Assembly: GCA_052168235.1 (NCBI GenBank)
Contig: JBQLZK010000082.1
Location: forward strand, 1 to 23,971
DNA length: 23,971 nucleotides
Direction of reading: 5' to 3'
Source: Thainema sp.
Lineage (GTDB): Bacteria; Cyanobacteriota; Cyanobacteriia; Phormidesmidales; Phormidesmidaceae
Part shown: positions 1 through 9,848 of the stretch, one piece after another
Position numbering within the stretch: position 1 is the first letter of the stretch
How the letters are laid out: each line of letters begins with the position of its first letter
Made by a program: the position numbers and the translations under genes
Notes under the pieces: generated by a model
Told to the model about the DNA's origin: nothing
Seen by the model: only the letters and a program-made list of their open reading frames with translations
Database searches by the model: none

Positions 1-57
1 TGAGCGTCAGCTTCGATCCCATATTAGGCTACTTGTTTAGAATGAAATAGCCCTGAC

Positions 58-1257
58 ATGCAAACGACATCTCTTTCAACAACATTCAATATCTTTGCCA
101 AAGATCATCTAGAAGTAGCTCGGGAAGTGGCGACTGCGATCGCAACTCAAGCAACTCAATATGACATCGAAGCCGGACTACCGACCGAAGAAATTGCCAT
201 TTTGAAGAAGTCAGGTTTGCTGTTGCTGCCCATCCCCAGGGAGTACGGCGGGGCGGGAGCCACCTGGCCTCAACTTTACCGTGTGGTGCGTATTATTGCC
301 GGGGCCAGTGGTTCCATTGGCCAGATTTATAGCAATCACATCGGGCTGGTGAATGCGACAGTTGCCTTAGGTCATCCGGGTCAGGCGGAACAGGTTTATC
401 GTGAGACGGCTCAGCACAACTGGCTATGGGCCAATGCTCTGAATGCGCGGGATGGTCGGCTCAAGATTGAAGCGACTTCTGAAGGCTTTCGAGTGAATGG
501 CGTTAAGAGTTTTGGTACCGGGTGTGCGGTGAGCGATCGCAACCTGATTGCAGCCGTCATGGACGGTGCCGAAATGCCGATACTGTTTACCGTGCCAGGC
601 GACCACGCCGATGTCCACTACAACGAGGACTGGCACAACATGGGGCAGCGCCGCACCGTCAGTGGTAGCTACCGCTTCGACAATGTGCAAGTCAACCCCA
701 AGGACATCGTTGGTCCCCCAGCGAATACGACGAGCGCCTTTCCGGCCCTGGTGTTCTCCATCGCTCAATTGACAAAAGTCAACACCTACCTGGGCATCGC
801 TGAAGGGGCGTTACAGGCCGCCAGGGACTATACCCTGACCCAGGCGCGCCCCTGGCAAGGATCGGGGGTAGAAAAATCCAGCCAGGATCCGTACATCCTG
901 CACCAGTACGGCGAACTGTGGGCGGAACTCCAGGCAGCAATTGCTCTGGCGGATACAGCCGCTGACCAAGTTCAGTGGGGATGGAACAAGGCTACTGATC
1001 TGACCTTTGACGACCGGGGAAAAATTGCCATTGCGATCGCAACAGCCAAAACAATCGCGATTAAAGCAGGGCTTACCGTGACCAATCAAATCTTTGACGT
1101 TATGGGTGCCCGCGCCACGTCATCCCGCTATGGCTTCGATCGCTACTGGCGCGATCTGCGCACGTTCTCGCTGCATGACCCTCGGGCCTATAAGAGTCGG
1201 GAAATTGGTAACTGGTTTCTGAATCGAGAGTTCCCCACGCCCAGTCAGTACTCTTAA
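58..1257 (+). CDS. Acyl-CoA dehydrogenase-fold flavin-dependent monooxygenase, DszC/SfnB-like (organosulfur utilisation group)
   Basis: 399-aa ORF with LLLPIPREYGGAG, VNGVKSFGTG, DWHNMGQRRTVSGS and C-terminal GFDRYWRDLRTFSLHDP, typical of DszC/SfnB-type proteins. Confidence 0.8.
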   Translation: MQTTSLSTTFNIFAKDHLEVAREVATAIATQATQYDIEAGLPTEEIAILKKSGLLLLPIPREYGGAGATWPQLYRVVRIIAGASGSIGQIYSNHIGLVNATVALGHPGQAEQVYRETAQHNWLWANALNARDGRLKIEATSEGFRVNGVKSFGTGCAVSDRNLIAAVMDGAEMPILFTVPGDHADVHYNEDWHNMGQRRTVSGSYRFDNVQVNPKDIVGPPANTTSAFPALVFSIAQLTKVNTYLGIAEGALQAARDYTLTQARPWQGSGVEKSSQDPYILHQYGELWAELQAAIALADTAADQVQWGWNKATDLTFDDRGKIAIAIATAKTIAIKAGLTVTNQIFDVMGARATSSRYGFDRYWRDLRTFSLHDPRAYKSREIGNWFLNREFPTPSQYS

Positions 1258-1292
1258 ACCCTTGTGCCGTTCTTGTTTGTTACTACGACTCA

Positions 1293-1387
1293 CGGGATTG
1301 CTGATTTTAAGTATGAATTGTGAGGTGGGGGCGGTGCCCCCACCTCACAATTCATACTTAAAATCAGCCTTAAAATCAGCAATCCCG
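1293..1387. repeat. ~95-bp palindromic intergenic element (REP/MITE-like); could also act as terminator
   Basis: Perfect 33-bp stem 1300-1332/1336-1368 with GGT loop; outer arms CGGGATT (1293-1299)/AATCCCG (1381-1387); tandem duplication of CTTAAAATCAGC at 1357-1368 and 1369-1380. Confidence 0.85.
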
Positions 1388-1516
1388 ACTTTTCTATTGT
1401 TGTCCCACGCAATGGAGGTATTCGATTATTCCAACGTTTAATTACTACAGTCATTAATTAACCGTTCTGCTGTCGGTCAGAGTTTAGGATGATGTAAGCA
1501 GGGTTAGCGCTCCATT

Positions 1517-4500
1517 ATGGTGACTCCCATGCTTCAAATCAACGTGTTGGGCTGTCTCCATCTACGAGATGATCAGGCCGAGCAGGAAACTCTCCCAGTT
1601 GGCTCAGAGCGATCGCAAGCGCTGCTGGCCTATCTGCTGCTGCACCGTACCAGTCCCCAACCTCGACAGCAGATTGCTGGTCACCTCTGGCCCAACCTGC
1701 CCGAAGCCGAAGCCAAAAAGAGTCTGCGGCGAGAACTCTATCGCCTGCGTCAGTTGCTACCGATAGCCGATGACTGTCTACAAATTGAAACCAAAACTCT
1801 GCAGTGGACTCCAGTCTGTCCCTACTGGTTAGATGTGGAGGAGTTTGAACTTTCTCTGCAACGAGCCGAGGCTGCCGTTCAGAGCGGGGATTTACAGCTG
1901 CAGCAAAACTATCTGACCCAAGCCACCACCCTCTATCGCGGAGATCTACTCCCCGCCTGCTATGACGACTGGACTGAGCCCCTGCGAGAGCAGTTCCACC
2001 AGCAGGTAATACTCGCCTTTGACCAACTCATTCATTTGCTACTGCAACAGCAGGATCATGTCACGGCTCAACCCTTGGCCCTACATCTGCTACAGATGGA
2101 GCCCCTGCATGAAGGAAGCTATTGTGCCCTGATGCAGTCCTATCAGGCTTGTGGAAATCGCGCCGCAGCCCTACAGATATATCACCAGTGCATGACCCTG
2201 TTACGGGAGGAGTTGGGCATCGACCCTAGCCCTACAACTCAACAGCTGTACCAGCAGGTACTCAACGCCGACAACCATACCATTGAAGCTGAAGGGAGAG
2301 TCTCCGAAAGCATAATAGCTACACCGTCGGTTTCTACACCTGCTACCATCTCCCTACCGACTTCTTTGCAACGACCCAAGCCGCAGCGTCCGCTGGTGGG
2401 ACGAACTGTCGAAAAGCAAGTGCTCCAGTCTTGGCTTACTCAGAGAGAGGAGGCCGAGAAGGTGTTGTTGCTGGTGGGTGAACCTGGCATTGGCAAAACC
2501 CGGCTGCTAGAAGAATTAATGGTCATGGTGCCTGACCAAATGGGAGCTGTGATTGTCGGTCGCGGCTTTGAAGCGGAGATGCTGCGCCCCTACGGCGTTT
2601 GGATTGATGCGCTACGGAATCTGAAGTTAGAACCTGGATCATCCCTACCACCGGAACTGGGCCTGTTGTTGCCTGAACTCGGTACGGCTGTGGAACCGTT
2701 ATCCGATCGGGGGCGACTGTTTGATGCGGTGATTACGCTGCTGGATCAGCTGGCCGAGAGATACGCTTCCTTGGTGGTGACTTTTGATGATATCCAGTGG
2801 CTGGATGAGGCTTCAGTTTCCCTGCTGCACTATGGCATTCGACGGCTGCGGTCGGCCCCGGTGCGTTTCGCTTGCAGCGCTCGCCGTCAAGAACTGGAGC
2901 AAAACCCTGCGGTCTCGTCCCTGGTGCAAACCCTACAGCGAGATCAGCGGCTGCAACGGTTGGACATTTCATCCCTCGATAAAGCCGCCATTCTGGCGCT
3001 GATTCAAACAATGGGTGCATCGATCAATGGCGATCGCATTTATAGCGACAGCGGCGGCAATCCCCTCTTTGCTCTGGAAGCGGTGCGAGCTTTTCACCAG
3101 CAGGGGCAGGTTGACCTCAGCACCCTACAGGCTCTGATTGCCAATCGCTTGAAGGGATTAGAACCCAATGCCCAATCCCTGCTGCCTTGGGCGGCGGCGT
3201 TGGGGCGGCAGTTTGAGCCGATGCGGCTGGCCCAGGTCACCGATTCTGCCCTCATGCCCCTGTTAACAGCACTTGAACATCTGGAGGTGGCTGGCATCAT
3301 TCTCCCCAGTCCCATTGCTCCTAACGATCATGAGGGCAGCGACGGGCAGGGCTACGACTTTGCCCACGACGTGCTGCGTCAGGTGGTCTACGAGTCTGTC
3401 TCTGCCCCCGTCGTCGGTTGATGCACGGTCAAATTGCCCAGCATCTCAACCAGATTGCCATAACCAATCCGACACTGATGGGAGAGGTAGCCCATCACGC
3501 TTCACTGGGGCAGAACCATAGCTTGGCTGCTGAGGCGTCCCTTCAGGCAGCAACCCAGGGGTTGCAACTGTTCGCCTATGCAGAAGTGACGGAGCTGACC
3601 CAGCGGGGTTTGCGCCACTGCCAACACCTGCCAGCCCAGCGCAGCCTGACGCTCCAGCTCCCATTACTGAATGCCCAGGTATTAGCGGGAGTACGAGATG
3701 AAGAAGTACCTCTCCTTATTCACACTCTGGAAGACGGTATCCGTGAGGCCCAAGACCAAGGGTTACAAGATGCTGAAACCGCCGGACTAGAAGCTTTGTT
3801 ATTGCTCAATTACCACCACGATCGCTGGAGCGACTTGCATCAATATTCTCTACAGGCTGCCGAACGGGGAAGCAGCATTCAAATCGGCAATAGTGCTCGC
3901 ATTTTGGCTATGAGCGGGTCGTGCCTAACCACCCTGGAACAGGAGATGGATCGGGCTGAAGCGATGCTGCTGGAAGCCCAATCTCTCTCGGCCCGAGTCG
4001 GGTTGAAAATCCCGGATGTGGTCTGTGGCCTGGGAAACGTAGCTCGATTTCGAGGCCACCTTGACCGTGCCCGTGATTACTATGCCCTGGCCTATGACTG
4101 GGGGCAGGAGATGCCGACCAACGTCAACAGCTATTTGAATCTTTGCCTGGCCCTGACGGGTTGGGCTATGACCGAGTTGGAAGCTAAAGCCTGGGAAGCT
4201 GCGATCGCCCGCTGTCAGGATCTGATTCCCATTACCGAGAAGACGGTGGTTGGCAGCAACCTGGCCTTTGCCCAGGCGCTGGAGACCCTGGCTCGTTACA
4301 GTCAAGCACCCCACATCGCCACCGCCGATCTGGCTGCCGCCGTTGATGCCCTGAACCGCCTCGATGCTCCCCGCAAACTGGCCTATATCTTGAGCGGTGC
4401 CGCCGAAGCGGATCTCACCCACGGCAAATTCGATGCTGCCGCCATCCATGCCGCCAGTGCCCTGGACTTTGCCCAGGTTGTAGCCCATCCCAGTGATATG

Positions 4501-4680
4501 GTGTTAGCCGGTTCATTGCTGGTGCAGGCTAGGAGTGCGGCCCAACAAGAACCGGACTTACTCCTCTGGCGACAGCATCAAGCCCTGACATCAGCCCATG
4601 ATCTCAGCGATCGCGCGGCTCAATCTTTTGCCGCAGCAAACCGTTTACTTCAGCCCAAACTCCTGAGGAGCCCCCCATGA
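1517..4680 (+). pseudogene. SARP/BTAD - AAA ATPase - TPR (STAND-type) transcriptional regulator, frameshifted at 3405-3409 into ORFs 1517-3421 and 3418-4680 (true lesion or sequencing error)
   Basis: N-terminal SARP/BTAD motifs (ALLAYLLL...LWP, LYRGDLLP, LREELGIDPS); Walker A GEPGIGKT; Walker B FDDIQW; SGGNPLF; FAHDVLRQVVY. One extra C in the C5 run gives SAPRRRLMHGQIA and joins both ORFs into ~1054 aa. Confidence 0.85.
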
Positions 4681-5243
4681 CTTGCATTTTGATCGAAGCC
4701 ACCCAACCTCAGCCTCTACTCGGAGAACGGCTAACCGCTTTTCTGCAAAAGTCTGCAAGCTGCTTGCAAGCCTTCAAAATTCGTCGCCGTTCAATGTATA
4801 TTTCCTTAGACGGCCATCGCACCCTCTGCATTATGGAAGCAACGGATGCCGACACCGTGCGTCAGGCCTGTTATCAAGCAGGAAGTTCCTTTGACCTAAT
4901 CTGGTCTGCGGATATCGTTCACGAAGATGTCACTGTTGAAGCTGTAATTGGGTCAACCGCCGTTGCTACCGATCAGCCAGTTGTTCGGGTACTAGCCACA
5001 GTTTCTCAGCCATCTTTAGTGCCTGTTGCGCAACAGTTAAATGCGATCGCTCATCTCCGCCGGGCTGTGCTCAGTTCTCATCGGCTCAGTACCTTTATTG
5101 CTCGTGATGGTCATCGAGCTATTATTGAGTTTGATGAGGTAGATGCAAAGAGTGTACAAGCAGTGTTTCAAAAGCAGAAAATGAATTTTGAAACAATTTG
5201 GAGTGTTCGAGTTTTGGATTTTGCTATGCCAGTTGTCGAGTAA
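4677..5243 (+). CDS. Protein with two tandem DUF4242-like (SCO4226-like) domains
   Basis: ATGA overlap with the upstream stop; internal repeat MYISLDGHRTLCIMEATDADTVRQA...FDLIWS vs TFIARDGHRAIIEFDEVDAKSVQAV...FETIWS resembles the DUF4242 pattern. Confidence 0.6.
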   Translation: MTCILIEATQPQPLLGERLTAFLQKSASCLQAFKIRRRSMYISLDGHRTLCIMEATDADTVRQACYQAGSSFDLIWSADIVHEDVTVEAVIGSTAVATDQPVVRVLATVSQPSLVPVAQQLNAIAHLRRAVLSSHRLSTFIARDGHRAIIEFDEVDAKSVQAVFQKQKMNFETIWSVRVLDFAMPVVE

Positions 5244-5246
5244 CAG

Positions 5247-5277
5247 AAGGGAACCTCGATTAATTGAGGTTCCCTTT
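5247..5277. terminator. Probable intrinsic terminator after the regulator-DUF4242 operon
   Basis: 11-bp stem AAGGGAACCTC (5247-5257)/GAGGTTCCCTT (5266-5276) starting 3 nt after the stop codon, with only a short T tail. Confidence 0.6.
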
Positions 5278-5292
5278 ATCCTCTCTTCTGGA

Positions 5293-5318
5293 GTGTCCAC
5301 TTTTTCCGGGCAAGGTCA
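5293..5318. mobile_element. Solitary IS3-family-like terminal inverted repeat (remnant)
   Basis: GTGTCCACTTTTTCCGGGCAAGGTCA (reverse complement TGACCTTGCCCGGAAAAAGTGGACAC) resembles IS3-family ends; no transposase or second end nearby. Confidence 0.4.
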
Positions 5319-5609
5319 CCCTTTATATTCCCGTTCAGCGATTTCTGTAGAAACTTGTAAAACTGCTGGAGTAATTGCAGTGTTTGGTAGTTAATTCGCT
5401 CCTGAAAAGTGTTTGATTAACACAGCGATATCTGTTCACAGCTCTTTGCTAATCCAGAATGAATTGTCAGGTATTTCCCCACTTTTTTCACTCTCCCTAT
5501 TAGGGCATCCTTTTCGGCGGGATTCAGTTCTTCTAAGAGGGCAGTTCTTTTATGGCAAAAGCTTATCATCGTTTGCCAATCGCTTACTCAAGTCAACCTG
5601 GTGGAGCAA

Positions 5610-6404
5610 TTACATGTTGAGATCGGGCAAATTGACTTCAATCTCGGCAGTGTAGCAGGTCCAATCGGAGCGCGACAGGGTTTTTCCACAGACTACAGGC
5701 TCACGATTTCCAGGGAAATTACTGTGCGAAGCGTCCCGGTAGGCCACATAGTTAAATACCAACAGTGGCAATCCTAGAGGCACTGCCAGATGTTCGCTCA
5801 GTTCGTAGGTGGCGGGAATGCTCTCCAGGCTGACCTTGGCGGCATGTAAATGAACGCCATTGCGCACCAATGTGCTGTAGGTAAATCCCTGCGTCAGGGG
5901 TTCAGCTAGCACTTGCCCAATAGTTACGGGATAATAGGCAACATCCAGAGCGATCGGAGTATCGTTTGCGTAGTAAATTTTTTCTTGCCAGTAAACTTGA
6001 GCATTCTTACTGGTCAGCGCTAGCTTGTGCTTCACCTCTGCTGGGGCCTGAATTAGCTGAAACTGCAGCGACTGCACCCGACTGGTATAGCCTTGTTCTT
6101 CAAGTGCTGCATCGAAGTGCATCAGCGGGTTAGCCATCGAGAAGCTAATTTTGTGCGGCTCGGTCACAAAAATCCCCTTGCCCTGCTGGGTTGTGACCAG
6201 TCCTTGCTGAATTAGATTGCCAATCGCCTTGCGAATTGTCGTGCGACTTACCCCAAACATGACGCCCAGATCAAATTCACTGGGCAGCCGCTCCCCTGGT
6301 TCGAAGGCTCCGGTCTCGATCTTGTCTTTAAGTTGTTCTGAAATGACAACATGCAAGGGTTGTCGTTCGGTATCTTGTCCGCTGGGAACCATGGAAAATG
6401 TCAT
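5610..6404 (-). CDS. GntR-family transcriptional regulator, HutC subfamily (wHTH + UTRA)
   Basis: GERLPSEFDLGVMFGVSRTTIRKAIGNLIQQGLVTTQQGKGIFV wHTH followed by a UTRA-like C-terminal domain; start may be ATG 6392. Confidence 0.9.
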   Translation of the reverse strand: MTFSMVPSGQDTERQPLHVVISEQLKDKIETGAFEPGERLPSEFDLGVMFGVSRTTIRKAIGNLIQQGLVTTQQGKGIFVTEPHKISFSMANPLMHFDAALEEQGYTSRVQSLQFQLIQAPAEVKHKLALTSKNAQVYWQEKIYYANDTPIALDVAYYPVTIGQVLAEPLTQGFTYSTLVRNGVHLHAAKVSLESIPATYELSEHLAVPLGLPLLVFNYVAYRDASHSNFPGNREPVVCGKTLSRSDWTCYTAEIEVNLPDLNM

Positions 6405-6502
6405 TGTCCGATGATGACCTCTGGCATTCTACAGGAGAGTTGAAGCAGCAGACGTGAGTTCATACTTTATCAATATGCGAATGTATGTTTGTGACGTTTC
6501 TG

Positions 6503-7660
6503 TTAAGCGGTCACCATCTGAAACCGCGCCAGCTTAAACAGGCTGGTATCGTGGGGAGTGCTACCTTCTACAGCTAAATCGGCCAGTATTTTGCCCATTA
6601 GCGTAGTGAACTTAAAGCCGTGTCCCGAAAAGCCCGCCCCGATGACCACCTGGGGGTAGTCGGGGTGTTGGTCGACCACAAAATCTTTGTCAGGGGTGAG
6701 GGTGTAGAGGCAGCGACGGGTCGAAATCAGCGGTCCCGCCGCATCGGGTATAAACTGGCTGGCCCAGCTGCGAATGCGCTCTGTCCACTCTGGGCTGGGG
6801 GTGTAATCGACTTCGCTGGGTTGCTCAACGGTATCCCAGCCGTAGAAGGTGGTGATCTTTAGCCCAATGCTGGGATCCTCGTGGGGAATGCCGTAGGGCA
6901 TCTCGCCATAATCGCCGTTCATATGGGCAAAGAAAACGGGAAACTTACCTGGCTCGAAGTCAGCCGCATTTTTAGGCTGGTAGAACCCCAGTTGGCAGGG
7001 CATGATCTTCAGAGGCAAATCAATGCCTTGGGTCGCTAACACCTCCTTGGCCCAACTGCCCACAGTAATGACGATGCGATCGCATCGGTAAGTCTCGTTT
7101 GCTGTCTGCACTTCGACGCCGTTCTCGGAAGGGGTAATCTGCAAAACCGGCGACTGATCCGTCACGGTCGCTCCTCGTTCTTGGGCCAGACGAGTGTGGG
7201 CCAGCACGCAGCAAGAGGTCTTTAGCAGGCCCGAGTCAGCGTGAAACAAGCCTTCCATGCCGTCTTCTAGAGCAAATTGGGGATAGCGCTTAGCAATCTC
7301 CGCTTGGCTGAGGTGCTCGTAATCCAGCCGTGATTCGTCCAAACTCGTTTTCATGCGCTGAAAGGTCGACATTTCTGGAAAACCAAAATCCAGCCCGCCA
7401 GTTTTGACATACAGCTGTTCACCGGCTTCCTCCTGCAGGGCAAACCAGAGGGGATAGGCATCGCGCATCAGGTTGACGTAAATGGGATTATCGTAGGTGT
7501 ACCGAATCACCCGCGAAAAGCCGTAGGAACTGCCATTTTGGTGGTTCAGCTCAAACTGCTCAAGTAACAGCACCTTTTGCCCGGCTTTGGCCAAGTAATA
7601 GGCCGCGGCACTACCAACTCCACCGGCCCCAATCACGATCGCATCAAATTGCTGTGCCAT
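6503..7660 (-). CDS. solA: Monomeric sarcosine oxidase / N-methyltryptophan oxidase family flavoenzyme (385 aa)
   Basis: GAGGVG FAD motif, GSSYGFSRVIR, CLYTLTPDKDF (covalent-FAD Cys position), GFSGHGFKF. Start moved from 7735 to ATG 7660 (MAQQFDAIVIG), which has AGGAG upstream. Confidence 0.85.
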   Translation of the reverse strand: MAQQFDAIVIGAGGVGSAAAYYLAKAGQKVLLLEQFELNHQNGSSYGFSRVIRYTYDNPIYVNLMRDAYPLWFALQEEAGEQLYVKTGGLDFGFPEMSTFQRMKTSLDESRLDYEHLSQAEIAKRYPQFALEDGMEGLFHADSGLLKTSCCVLAHTRLAQERGATVTDQSPVLQITPSENGVEVQTANETYRCDRIVITVGSWAKEVLATQGIDLPLKIMPCQLGFYQPKNAADFEPGKFPVFFAHMNGDYGEMPYGIPHEDPSIGLKITTFYGWDTVEQPSEVDYTPSPEWTERIRSWASQFIPDAAGPLISTRRCLYTLTPDKDFVVDQHPDYPQVVIGAGFSGHGFKFTTLMGKILADLAVEGSTPHDTSLFKLARFQMVTA

Positions 7661-7845
7661 GTCAAACCACGCTCCTAGAAGAAAGTTGAAGAGATAGAGT
7701 TTGCTAAAGCTGGCTGTTAGGCTGAAAAAGCGCATCCAATGCTAAGGGGAGAGTTTCCCCTAATGACTAACTAAAAACTTGACTACTCGCAAACGAATAG
7801 TGGTGGCGGCCCAGAGACGTTATCAAACCTGTAGAGTACGCCTCT

Positions 7846-7944
7846 TATCAAGTCTGTGTATAAGAACCCAACTTATTTTTGTGAAATGCTTACTGAGCAA
7901 GCATTTCACAAAAATAAGTTATGGGTTTTCAACCAGACTTGATA
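7846..7944. mobile_element. 99-bp MITE-like palindromic element between BCCT and solA
   Basis: Terminal IR TATCAAGTCTG (7846-7856)/CAGACTTGATA (7934-7944); inner perfect 22-bp stem 7870-7891/7899-7920; TA at both ends and TCT on both flanks. Confidence 0.7.
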
Positions 7945-7969
7945 TCTAAACCAGGAATGCTCTCAAAGG

Positions 7970-9646
7970 CTAGCGAACAACGGCCTCTTCTGCGGCTTCA
8001 GATTTCTCAAGCGCTCTTTTCACATGAACAACATCATGCTCATAACTCAGCCCCTTGTAGATGCTGTAGCACATGACTAACAGCACTACCGCAAAGGGCA
8101 AACCCGCGCTGATGGCAGCCGTCTGCAAAGCCGATAAGCCGCCGCCCAGCAGCAGCGTTGCGGCCACTACCCCTTCGAGCACCGCCCAAAAGATCCGCTG
8201 CGGCACTGGCGACTCCAGCTTGCCGCCAGAGGCCAGGCTGTCTACTACCAGGGAACCGGAGTCGGAGGAGGTGACGAAGAAGACCACTACCAGGATGATG
8301 CCGACGAAGGAGGTAATGCCGGTTAGAGGCAGTTGCTCCAGCATCACGAATAGGGCTGTTGCTACATTTTCAGATACCGCGGCGCTAATAATGCCAGCCG
8401 TACCTTCGCTTAGCTCCAGACTCAAGGCCGTACCGCCAAAGGCCGACATCCACAGGAAGGTGAGCGCGGTCGGCAACAGCAGTACTCCGAAGATGAATTC
8501 CCGCACGGTGCGGCCTTTAGAAATGCGGGCGATGAAAATGCCCACAAACGGTGCCCAGGAGACCCACCAGCCCCAGTAGAATACGGTCCAGCCGTTTTGC
8601 CAGCCAGCATCATTAAACGTCTCAGTCCAGAAGCTCATGGTGGGCAAATAGGCCAGGTAGTAGCCAGTGGTTTCGACGAAGGTGTTGAGCAGAAAGACGG
8701 TTGGCCCCACCAGCACCACAAACGCCAGCAGCACAGCGGCCAAAATCATATTGAGTTCGCTCAGGCGGCGCACCCCATTGCCCAGACCCGACACCACGGA
8801 GGCAGTGGCAAAGCCAGTAATGATCGCAATCAGTCCCACCTGCACTGGAGTACTAATTTGCAGGCCAAACAAAAAGTTCAGGCCCGCATTCGTCTGCTGG
8901 ACGCCAAAGCCCAAGGAGGTAGCCAGTCCAAACAGGGTTGAGGCGATCGCCAGAACGTCGATCGCGTTACCTTGCCAGCCGTAGATCTTTTCGCCCAGCA
9001 GTGGGTAAAACACCGAACGGATGGTCAGAGGCAGTCCCCAGTTGAAGGTAAAGAACGCTAGGGAAAGACCCACCAGAGCGTAGATGCCCCAGGCGTGGAG
9101 TCCCCAGTGGAAGAAGGTGATGCCCATCGCCTGGCGAGCAGCCTCGGCGGTATTCGGCTCGATCGTTTCCGTAATCAGGGGCGGGTCTTGGAAGTGGTAA
9201 ATCGGCTCTGCCACGCTCCAAAACATCAGGCCGGTACCCATGCCAGCGCTGATGAGCATAGAAATCCAGGCAAAGGTAGGAAACTCTGGTCGGGCGTCAG
9301 GCCCACCTAAGCGCACACTGCCCAATTTGGTGAGCGCAATGGCAATCGTAAACAGCAAAAAGAACGTCACGGCCAGGATCATGAACCAGCCCAGCGTGCC
9401 CGAAATGAAGGCCTGGATCGCCCCAAAGGCTGACTCAGCAGGCTCCTGGAAGAGCAGCGTAAACAAGACAAAAAGCAGAATTAGTCCACCTGAAACCAGG
9501 AAGACTTCCGGGTGAAAGTCGAACCCTTTTTTAGTGAAGTTGCGATCGCCGGGCCGACGAGTTAGGTGGCGAGTCGGCGCATACTCTGGCATCACGAAGG
9601 GATGCTCATCATGATTGCCATTGTGCCTTGAATTAGGTGAAGTCAT
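7970..9646 (-). CDS. BCCT-family (betaine/choline/carnitine) transporter, BetP/OpuD-like
   Basis: Many TM segments; SAGMGTGLMFW, FHWGLHAWGIY, WTVFYWGWWVSWAPFVGIFIARISKGRT, FFVTSSDSG. Start ATG 9646 or TTG 9658. Confidence 0.93.
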   Translation of the reverse strand: MTSPNSRHNGNHDEHPFVMPEYAPTRHLTRRPGDRNFTKKGFDFHPEVFLVSGGLILLFVLFTLLFQEPAESAFGAIQAFISGTLGWFMILAVTFFLLFTIAIALTKLGSVRLGGPDARPEFPTFAWISMLISAGMGTGLMFWSVAEPIYHFQDPPLITETIEPNTAEAARQAMGITFFHWGLHAWGIYALVGLSLAFFTFNWGLPLTIRSVFYPLLGEKIYGWQGNAIDVLAIASTLFGLATSLGFGVQQTNAGLNFLFGLQISTPVQVGLIAIITGFATASVVSGLGNGVRRLSELNMILAAVLLAFVVLVGPTVFLLNTFVETTGYYLAYLPTMSFWTETFNDAGWQNGWTVFYWGWWVSWAPFVGIFIARISKGRTVREFIFGVLLLPTALTFLWMSAFGGTALSLELSEGTAGIISAAVSENVATALFVMLEQLPLTGITSFVGIILVVVFFVTSSDSGSLVVDSLASGGKLESPVPQRIFWAVLEGVVAATLLLGGGLSALQTAAISAGLPFAVVLLVMCYSIYKGLSYEHDVVHVKRALEKSEAAEEAVVR

Positions 9647-9790
9647 ACGAGTTAACAAGCTCTTAGTACATTAACAAGCGTTCGTAACCTCCCCGGCAAG
9701 CGACTCATTCTTGAAAGGACTGACTGCCCCGTCTAGCTACAAAGAATCAGACCGCCTAAAACCAGAATTCAGCAAACTCTATTGACGTTG

Positions 9791-9833
9791 AGAATAGGAT
9801 CTCCTGAATGATGAAACTGTTTTGTTCGATACA
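9791..9833 (-). promoter_or_regulatory. Putative NtcA-activated class II promoter for the BCCT-solA-gntR arm
   Basis: Minus strand: tGTATCGAACAAAACa (core 9832-9819, GTA-N8-AAC), exactly 22 nt spacer, then -10 TATTCT (9796-9791). Confidence 0.6.
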
Positions 9834-9848
9834 GTTGTCACTACAAGT
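9833..9848. promoter_or_regulatory. Putative GntR/HutC operator (degenerate copy)
   Basis: AGTTGTCACTACAAGT matches ACTTGTAATTACAAGT at 13/16 positions and abuts the NtcA-like box. Confidence 0.55.

Noticed and set aside
5413..5655. 80-aa plus-strand ORF in the AT-rich gap
   Set aside because: TTG start, no motif, overlaps the gntR 3' end
7661..7735. 25-aa N-terminal extension of solA in the ORF track
   Set aside because: The FAD-binding motif begins right after ATG 7660, which has an AGGAG RBS; the extension is probably not translated
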